Virus record (IMG/VR): IMGVR_UViG_3300021138_002231
Location: 1-64,000 of that record
DNA from: a virus
Length of the DNA: 64,000 bases
Reading direction: 5' to 3' (one strand)
Part shown: positions 37,024 to 46,400 of the stretch, piece after piece
Position numbering within the stretch: position 1 is the first letter of the stretch
How the letters are laid out: each line of letters starts with the position of its first letter
Notes under the pieces: generated by a model
The model's input: the letters and a program-made list of their open reading frames with translations, nothing else
Database searches by the model: none
Told to the model about the DNA's origin: nothing
Translations under genes and position numbers: made by a program

Positions 37024-38082
37024 TTAATCCTTTTTATTTTTTCTTGAATCCAAGTATTTAATCAAAAGTTCTTCTTCTTCTTCTGTTATGTTCTTTGGAG
37101 ATTCAAATTCAAATTGAATATATAAATCTCCGCGTTCAGTAGGACTTTTTGGAAGACCTTGATTATTTATCTTTTCTAGTTTTTTATAATCAAAACCTTT
37201 TTCTAACATAAATGTTATATTTTTTCCATCTATTCCTTTAATAGTGAACTCGCCACCCATTATTGCTTGGACTGGATCAATGGTTTGTTTGTACAGTAAA
37301 TTGTATTGGATATCATGTTCAAAATTGGGTTGTTTTTCTAAATCAACATGAATATATAAGTTGCCAGCAGGTAAATCTGGATATTCATGATTTCCACCAT
37401 TTGCAACCATAAATTGCTTAAATAAACTACCAACTTTAATGATTTCTTCTTTTTCGACAGATTTGTTTTTTAAACCAAACCCTTGACATTTATCGCATGT
37501 TTTGGAAAATGTTTTACCTTTTCCAAAACATTTTCTGCATTGAAATCTGGTCTCAGTAATTTGATTACCATATTGTTGTCTTTGAGAAACTACACCTGTT
37601 CCTTTACAGACATCACAAGGTGTTGGATTTATTTGGCCTTCATTAGAACAATCTGGGCATCCTATTTTAATATTATATCGTAGATTAATTTTCGAATCAT
37701 GAAAAATTTGATTAGCTTTCAAATGAATGGATATTCTTATATCGGTATTTTGCCTGATTTGAGCATATGTTCCGTTTCCTCTGACTTGATTAAACATCCA
37801 CTCTATATCATTATTAAAATAATTAAAATTAGTATTCCCGAAATTGACTCCTCCCGTCTGAGGCCCAACGCCAGAACTGCCAAAATTATCATAATCACGC
37901 CTTTTATCAGAATTACTTAAAGTTTCATAAGCTTCTGTGCATTGTTTAAATTTTTCTTCTGCCTCAGGATTATCAGGATTGACATCAGGGTGATATTTTT
38001 TGGCAAGCTTACGATATGCTGATTTGATTTCATCAGCCGTTGCAGTTTTTGAAACACCTAAAATTTCATAATAATTTGCCAT
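37024..38082 (-). CDS. dnaJ: DnaJ chaperone (type I)
   Basis: J-domain with HPD, G/F linker, four CxxC(xGxG) repeats, C-terminal G.GLP....RGDL. Confidence 0.94.
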   Translation of the reverse strand: MANYYEILGVSKTATADEIKSAYRKLAKKYHPDVNPDNPEAEEKFKQCTEAYETLSNSDKRRDYDNFGSSGVGPQTGGVNFGNTNFNYFNNDIEWMFNQVRGNGTYAQIRQNTDIRISIHLKANQIFHDSKINLRYNIKIGCPDCSNEGQINPTPCDVCKGTGVVSQRQQYGNQITETRFQCRKCFGKGKTFSKTCDKCQGFGLKNKSVEKEEIIKVGSLFKQFMVANGGNHEYPDLPAGNLYIHVDLEKQPNFEHDIQYNLLYKQTIDPVQAIMGGEFTIKGIDGKNITFMLEKGFDYKKLEKINNQGLPKSPTERGDLYIQFEFESPKNITEEEEELLIKYLDSRKNKKD

Positions 38083-38110
38083 AATTTAACCTTGAATAAT
38101 ATTCAAGATA

Positions 38111-38809
38111 TTATCGGCTTTTTGTGATAGAATTCACGAAAGAAATTATTTTGTTTGAAGGACAAACTGAATTCTCACCTATTCCAATTTCTGCATGTTG
38201 ACCAGTGACACCAATTACTAATCCATATACTAATCCATCTGTTCCAATCACCATACCGCCACTGACCCCTTGAAGAATTTTTGCGTCAATAAAAATAATG
38301 TCATTCCATGCTTGACTTGGCGCATGTTCGCCCAATTGTTGATGAACATTACTGATTCTTCCAACAGTAGACGTATCATGCCATCCTTCGGGGCTTCCAA
38401 TAACAGCAATAATATCACCAATTTCAGCTTTATTCGAATCTCCTAATGTAACATAAGGTATATTTTTTGATATTTGTGGGCATGAAAGCAATGCACAGTC
38501 TATATTAGGGTCAGATGCCACAATATCTGCTTTATATCGCGTTTTACCATCAAATGTAATATTAATCTCATGGGGTTTTGAATTTAATTCAGGAGGACAA
38601 ACATGTGAAGCTGTACATACAACTCCTTCTCCTAAATGGAAACCACTACCAGACCAATGTTCATTCTCGGCATATACGAGAATAGTACAAGATGATTGTA
38701 TACAATCTTTGATCATATAAGCAATTTCATCTTCTACTTTTTCGTGCTTTTCTTGCGCGACTCGCATATGCCAAGCAATTAAATCTGGATTTAAACTAAA
38801 AATATTCAT
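38111..38809 (-). CDS. Trypsin-like (S1C/HtrA-type, no PDZ) serine protease
   Basis: GSGF, TASHV, DCALL, LGDS...IGD...IG.P.G, GVSGG; AAGG-N19-GAAT at 38818-38844. Confidence 0.88.
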   Translation of the reverse strand: MNIFSLNPDLIAWHMRVAQEKHEKVEDEIAYMIKDCIQSSCTILVYAENEHWSGSGFHLGEGVVCTASHVCPPELNSKPHEINITFDGKTRYKADIVASDPNIDCALLSCPQISKNIPYVTLGDSNKAEIGDIIAVIGSPEGWHDTSTVGRISNVHQQLGEHAPSQAWNDIIFIDAKILQGVSGGMVIGTDGLVYGLVIGVTGQHAEIGIGENSVCPSNKIISFVNSITKSR

Positions 38810-38848
38810 ATTGTTATATTCAAAAATATATCTTGATTTCCCTTATTA

Positions 38849-39334
38849 CTAAAATTTACTTGTATATGTTATCATTTTACGAGGAAAGATAGCTTTTCCG
38901 ATAATATCTTTTATTGGCACTGGACCAATAACTCTGGAATCTTCAGAATTAGCACTATTATCACCTAAAACATATACATATCCCTGAGGAATTATGGTTT
39001 TCTTAACTTGAATTAATCTTTTTGGCACATGTGTTGCTTCATAAAAATTAAGATGTTCAGGCATGTCATCATGCACATATCCAGTATAACAAGCATCACC
39101 AGGGATAAGCTCTATGCGCTTAATCTCTGTTATATTTTTATATTTAAAAACAATTACATCTCCTCTGTGCAAATTATTATACATTTTGCTAATAAATAAC
39201 AAATCTAAATTATTATATGTTGGACACATAGATGTTCCTTGAACAACAACCAGTTTAAAAGGATGTAATAAAATTGACAAAAATGCAATTATTATAATAA
39301 TAAATTGCCACACACGCTTGATTTTATAAGGCAT
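38849..39334 (-). CDS. lepB: Signal peptidase I (S26)
   Basis: N-terminal TM, GTSMCPT, RGDVIVF, IKRI...PGD, GDNSANSEDSR..GPV....IIGK. Confidence 0.9.
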   Translation of the reverse strand: MPYKIKRVWQFIIIIIAFLSILLHPFKLVVVQGTSMCPTYNNLDLLFISKMYNNLHRGDVIVFKYKNITEIKRIELIPGDACYTGYVHDDMPEHLNFYEATHVPKRLIQVKKTIIPQGYVYVLGDNSANSEDSRVIGPVPIKDIIGKAIFPRKMITYTSKF

Positions 39335-39440
39335 AAAGCTTCACTCCTTGCTTTACCAAATCAGCGTTTTCAAATGCTGCTTTTATGTAGTTTTTATTTG
39401 TTGTAGATTGCTGCATAAAGAACGACGCTATAATTAGTCA

Positions 39441-39476
39441 AAATAATCATCATTTCTACCATTATGATGATTATTT
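39441..39476. terminator. 13-bp hairpin at the end of the subtilisin gene
   Basis: AAATAATCATCAT...ATGATGATTATTT. Confidence 0.5.
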
Positions 39477-40395
39477 AAGATGACGATTTCCAAGGCATAA
39501 AGTTAGCAAAATTAGGAATACCATAAGTAATTTTGCCTATATGATCAACTGTTGCAATTCCGCCATTATTATCGCTTAATTCATCTAAAAATTTAAGCAT
39601 ATCTTGAGAATTTTTAATTTGTGGATTATTTGGATCGCTTCTCGACCAAGATAAAATCAAAGCACATACACCAGCAACAAATGGTGATGCTTGACTTGTT
39701 CCATTAAGTAAAGCATATTGATTATTTAAAAATGTTGAATAAATATTAACTCCAGGTGCTCCCAAAGCAATTCTAGCTCCGCGAGAGCTAAAATTGGCAA
39801 TTTGTCCCGATTGATCCATAGCTGCAACGGCAATAACTTCATCGTATCTTGCAGGCCAATTTACATTGCCACCGTCATTTCCAGCAGCAGCAATAATAAT
39901 AATGCCAGCATCGTATGCATCTTTAATTGCATCATGAACAGAACTAGGTGGTTCTATTGGAGCGCCTAAACTCATATTAATAATATCAACTTTATTTTCA
40001 ATGGCTAATCTAATTCCTTTTTCGATGGTATCAAAACCGCTATGTCCTGAATCATCTAGAACTTTAATAGGAAGAATTTTAGCTTGTGGAGCTACTCCAA
40101 TAACGCCTATGCCATTTTCTAAAGCAGCAATAATGCCTGCTACGTGCGTATGATGCCCAACTTTGTCGTCAACAGTTCCTACTACAGAAATAGCAGGCAA
40201 CAAATTATCATTTAGATCAATATGATTAGGTCCCCCAGTATCTAAAACTGCAACAACAACACCTGCTCCTTTAGAATGTTTATGCGCTTCAGGGATATCA
40301 GCAGCGATTAATCCCCAATCCATTGTTTCTGATAAAGCGCCAATCACATATTCAGGAGTCAATTCTTCAATTGGTAAAAATGGTATATCAAACAT
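39475..40395 (-). CDS. Subtilisin-like S8 protease without signal peptide
   Basis: VAVLDTG, GHHTHVAG, AAAGN, GTSQASP; AAGG-N19-GTAA at 40415-40441. Confidence 0.93.
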   Translation of the reverse strand: MFDIPFLPIEELTPEYVIGALSETMDWGLIAADIPEAHKHSKGAGVVVAVLDTGGPNHIDLNDNLLPAISVVGTVDDKVGHHTHVAGIIAALENGIGVIGVAPQAKILPIKVLDDSGHSGFDTIEKGIRLAIENKVDIINMSLGAPIEPPSSVHDAIKDAYDAGIIIIAAAGNDGGNVNWPARYDEVIAVAAMDQSGQIANFSSRGARIALGAPGVNIYSTFLNNQYALLNGTSQASPFVAGVCALILSWSRSDPNNPQIKNSQDMLKFLDELSDNNGGIATVDHIGKITYGIPNFANFMPWKSSS

Positions 40396-40454
40396 ATTAA
40401 ATCACCATTTTATGTTACTATAATTCTTATTAATTTTCCTTTGAAAATTAGGAA

Positions 40455-43400
40455 TTATTGAACAGTAACATAACCACTTGAAATAGGGTTTCCATAAAGA
40501 GTCCCATTATATGGTGTGATTATATAATTAATTACCATACCGCTCTTTACCATATTTGCTGGCAATATTGCAGTATATACTCCATCAACTGGATCGTTGC
40601 TATTAAGAGGCAAATTGCTATCTTTTGAATACCAATAAATAATATTATTATTAGCTATACCTGATATATTTTGATCACCGCCACCATTTCCATCATTATA
40701 AATATAGGAAGCGGTTAGCTCAGTATTGGCTGGAACATATACTACATTATTTACAGTCGTTTGATTTGGTGAAGTAATTGCGACATTAGTTACATAAGGT
40801 TTATACTTTGCGCCTAAAGTTATTGTGTTACTCACAACAGGATCACCTAAATTGTAGCCATCACAAGGCGTAACTATAACATATAATTGATCATGTAATT
40901 GGAATAAACTTCCTATATCATCTAATCGCTCTACTGTTCTGTTATTATACTCGGGTAAACCATTACCCGCTGTTATTTGAACAAATCCATTACCATCATT
41001 AATTGCACCAGATAATCCTGTGCGTTTTAACCACCATGTTGTTTGCGTATTTCTTTCTTCATTCCCAGTATGAGATGCATAAATATAATTTATGTAGATT
41101 TGATCATATATACTTGCTGGCGATGGTTGTAAAGTAACAAATCCACTAATATATGGAGGGTCAGATTGTGATAATAATTGCTGTAAATTAGTGGAATTTT
41201 GAGTAGTATACATTAATCCAAAATTTTTAATATCTACTGGAACATCAGAATAATTTACAATTTCAACGCCTATTCTAAATTTTGAAGAAGGTTGAATATA
41301 AACCGTAACCACATCTGTTCTTTCTAATTCTTTTTTAAATGTTATTGTTCCATTCTCGTTATTTGCAAAATAATTTCCTCTAACAATAGAATTATTTAAT
41401 AACACAACAATTTCAGAATCAACAGGCCATTTACCGTTGATTAAATAATATGTTCTGTTATCATAAGTCACAGTATTTTCACCAGCATTTTCGTAAAGTT
41501 TTGCTGGAGTAATAATGTTTACAGTAAATACAGCGGAAAATGATTGAGCTTGTCTAAAAATAATATATCCATGTGCTCCATCAAGTGCATAAACACCATT
41601 GGTATTATCAATTGGTTTAGAATATCCTTGAATATATACGCTAACTTCATCTGTTGTACTCCATGTTACGGGATTACCACTAGAATCAATAACTTGATAT
41701 ATTAAAACACCATCTGTTGTGGTTCCTCCAGGTGCTGCAATTGTCGCAAGATTTAAACGATCAATTTCTTTTGTAAACAATAAACTAACTTGTCTATTGG
41801 GAAGCACTCCATTGCGCCCATTAATTATATGTTCATAATAATTAAAGTCTGTAATGTCACCTCTGCATATCCCCCAGTTTAATTTTGCTGTTTTAGGAAT
41901 TACAGCTTCAATCGTGAGTATTTCTTCAAATAGTAAACCGTTAATATCATATGGATAAGTAATCAAGTATTCGTAGCTTGGTAAAATTTGTGTATGATAC
42001 AATTCTGTTATAATTGGTTTAACGGCACTATAAATTCCAGATATTAATGTCCAACCATCAGTCATATTTATAACGTATTGTATGCCCAAAACTAAAGCTT
42101 GAACAGTTAATGGTGTTCCACTAGTTAATGTTTGCCATCCTGACCAATTTAATCTATCTTGAGTCCATCTTACTTTAATAATACATGAGCTATTTGATAT
42201 TGTTCCTGTTGGGGCGGAAAAAGTAGCATTTACATTTTCTAACCAAATTCCTTCCTCAAAATCATAATTTTTATTCCATGTCGCAGTGAATACATCATTC
42301 ACTCCTCCATGCAAAAGACTATTAATAGCATTTGACCAATCAGTTGACGCATTTGCACTATTAATATCAAATAAATTGCCATTGGTTTCATCTGTTATAG
42401 TTCTCAACCCAGTTAAGTTAGATGATCGATCTAAAGCAAATATAGATGTATTGGCCCCTAAACCATTCCAAGAAGTAAAAGCTGTCAAACCTACTTGGCT
42501 TGCTGTTTGAGCATTCATGCCATTATCGTCACCATCCGCAAATACAAAGAACAATGGAGTAAATGTATTAGCCCATCTTTGTATTAAATAATTTCTGACA
42601 GTTGGCGATGCGGCAATTCCTCCAGATGTTCCATCCCAATCTGATATAAATTGCGTCTCATACCAGTCTTGAATATCATTTAACCTTAACATATTCCTAT
42701 CAATATGATATTGAACAATTTCATTAACAATAAATTGTATCTGTGATTCATTATAATTCTTGTTAATAATAGCATTTACAATAGCTTCTGGACTTATCCC
42801 ACTAGCTGACAAATTAGCAGTATCGTATAAATAAGAATATACACCATTCTCTCTTAAAGCTAAAGCATAGGTGTCAAAACTACTTAATACATTTGAAAAT
42901 CCATCTGTTCTTTCTAAAGAACTCGTACCATATTGCCACCAATCCGCAAAAGTAGGATAAAAATCTGAACCATTAACTTGAGTTTTAGTTCGATTAAATA
43001 GCATATCTATTAAATTTTGAATATTTTCAACATGATACAAATTTGATGTAATTCCATCAATTGAATCTGACCATTTAATAGAGTTAGAATCGTCAATTGT
43101 TAATGCTATAGCAAATTTAGAATCTGTGGTTAAGCTTCCGTCGTCTGTAACCACTACGCTTCCATAAGATTCTCCTGTTAAAAATCCAACTGGCAGTGTA
43201 TTATCCTTATATCCTACTGGTTCATATACAGTGGTTGTTGTTACGGGTTGAACCATAAAAACTTTAAAGAAAAAGTTTTTGTCTCCAGGAGTTAATGTTG
43301 CCCAATTAGGAGTAATACCCCCAGTTAATGCTAACCCATCGGAATATGGATGTGATAAAGCTGAAACTTGCCAATTAAAACATGGTTCTGCACCTGATGC

Positions 43401-46400
43401 TACATTTTCTTTAATTACCAATGCATAAGTAGATGTATCATCAGGCAAATTAGCAGCTACATTTAAAGAATAAAAACCTTCGTATTGCACATCAGATGCC
43501 AGTAATTGATCTTGACTTGTGGTTGTCCATCCAGCAGGCAAATAACCTTCAGTAATTAAAGTATCGATATCTAATTGAGTCATTCCAATGGTAGTATTTG
43601 TAGGATAGCCATTGGAGTCCGTCGAATAAATTGCGGCAGTAAGATAATTATTTTGTGAATTTGCTTGACTGGTAGAATTCAAGTAATGATCTTTTAAAGA
43701 AACATAAATTGAAATTTTGTAAATTTTCTTTAACCCTGTAGATGTTTTAAATGTTTCTGCTAAATATCCATCATCGAAGGGTATAACACTTGTTATTTTA
43801 GATGCATAATTAATAGGCACATATCCTTCTAGCGTAGGCTCATCACTTCTATACCATGTATCGCCATAATCAATAGAATAATACAATCCTAATTCTGTAC
43901 CTGCTAAAATTAAATCTTTAGTTACAATTTGATTATATGTTGGGCTAGAAACGTATGTATCTAAAAAGGTTACAGAAAAATGCTGTAAATCATATACGGC
44001 AGTATCGCCACCTGCAATTTTTTCACATATTTCGAAAGAAGTTGATTCGTCGAAAGAACGATATATAACTTTATTAGTTCCTATAAATGTTAAAGATTTA
44101 CCAGGTGTGCCTGAAACAGTAAATTGAACATAACAATTACATGACAAACCTTGCAATTGATGGGATTCTACATAGAAATTTAATAAATCAGATTGTGTAG
44201 GGTCAGGGTCACACCATCTCCAATTTCTAACAGTGTAGATGCCATTAGATGTCAGAATTTTGAATGGTATAGGTGTTTTGGTTGCAGGCGGTGTAGCTAA
44301 TGGTCTAAATATTTTATAATATTTGACACCATTTGATATGGTATTGCCAAACATCTCTCTGCCAGTTAATAAAGAAGAATATGTGCCTCCTCTTGACCCA
44401 AATGTAGTGCCATACAATCCTTTTTCAGTGCATAAATATAATGCATCTGTTGGTATTTGTTGTGTATTTCCTTGCGAATCAGTTGATAATCGAATAAACG
44501 TGTCATGGTATACTCCATAAACCCTATATCCGTCTACTGTATCAAAATGATCTGAAATAAATGTGGAACTTCCAGTTTTGGTATAAATAAAAGCTAAACC
44601 ATCATCTTTGCCAAAAGCCTCAAATGTACCGCTAATTGTAGAATTACCATTAGCATCACTTGTATTCCAATTCCCGCTTAAATAATCAAAAATAACTTGT
44701 GAATATGTTGGGTCGGAAGACCATTCGTTGCCCGTTTGTAACCATGCGCCATTGTCTGTACCCACCATTAATGGATTGCCCAACCCATTAGTATAATGTT
44801 TAAAGAAATAAGTTCTTGCTGCACCACCTAAAATAGATTGTTTATTCCAAGTATTATTTTGATAAATCCAAACACCCTGATCAGTACCCACAATCATCCC
44901 GTCGCCAGATTGAGAGGGATTATAAATATTGTAAATAGTTTGAGGGCTTACAGGAGTATCTGCTGCGCTTGGAATCCATCCAACATAAAAACTTGAATTT
45001 GTGGCCTTAGGGTCTAACGGAGATGGAGCTTGATCAAGATTTAAAAGAACCGTATTAACCAACCCAAGACTTGATTTGGTTCCAGAAACAGATATAGGGT
45101 TGTAAAAATTACTATACAAATTAGAATATTGATTTGTCATCGACATTGCGAATCGCAATAGATTTTGATTTGCAATAGAATTAAAATGATATGTTTCATT
45201 TGTTTGCACTTGAGTAATTTTATCTTCAATACCTAAAATAGTTTTTGGGGTGACAATAAAAACCTGACTTCCAATTGGTAAAGTTGAAACAACTGGACTT
45301 GGACCAACAATTGTGATTGCATATGTTAATGGATCAATATAAATCGGAACACGAACACTTGTAGCTGAACTCACAATTTGAATATATTGTGTTTCTGAAG
45401 GTAATGCCCTGGGATTTACTACACTAATAGTTGTTGATGTCGCTGTTAAAGCCGTTGATAATTTGGTTGCTGCTATAGTTTCTGCCACTAAACTATTTGG
45501 CAATTCTTCATGAGGCGTTAATCCAACATTGTTAATATATGCACCAAGTCTAATAACTGTAATAGATACATTTTGAGCATCAGAAGGAGAAAGACTTTGA
45601 TTAAAAATTATCAATCCCAAATCTGGGTTTAATGTATAGTTAATTGTAGATATTATATTATTTACATAAACTATAACTTGTGCATCTGCACTATTCCAAG
45701 GCAAGGTATAAAAATGTGTGTAATCTTTCTCGTAAACATATGTAGAACCATATCGTGGTGAAGAATTAAAAATAAAAGCTTGTGTATTATAGTCAATAGA
45801 CGAAAAATTATAATCAGACCAAGAAACCATAGATAGATCATGATTGTTATATATTGTTGGTTTTTGATTATTTGAGCTAAATTGATATGAAGTTCTAGTC
45901 CACGCAATAATTGTAATTGAGTTATTATCTGTTGTATTACTGAGACTTAAATTTGCTATCCATAGCCCTCTTGGAGTTCCAGCAATTAATTGTCCTTTTG
46001 ATGATTGAGAATTATTACGAAAAATTAAAGAATTAATTTTGCCTTGATTCGTATTATTCCATGACAATTGAGACACATATGGTTGAGCACCAACACTAAA
46101 TTGTTCTGAAATATAATAAATATTTTGTGTCGTACCAGCAAAATATTCAGTTCCGTGATCAGCCATAGAAGTGAATATTTCATCATTTTGTGAACTTTGC
46201 AGTTTGAAAATTTTAATTTTCCAAATGATATCGCTTCTTTGTTCAACATACCAAACACTTCCAGCATTTACTGTGCCATTTAACACGGTAACTTGTGGTT
46301 GAGTATTATTATTTAATACATCTGATGTCTTAGTCCATGTCCCATCATTATTAACTAAATATATACCATTTTGTGTTGTATCAATGTATTGATTTTTAAC

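Noticed and set aside
39324-39416. 30-codon minus-strand ORF MQQSTTNKNYIKAAFENADLVKQGVKLYAL overlapping the signal peptidase start
   Set aside because: No SD and no recognisable motif; cannot be supported.
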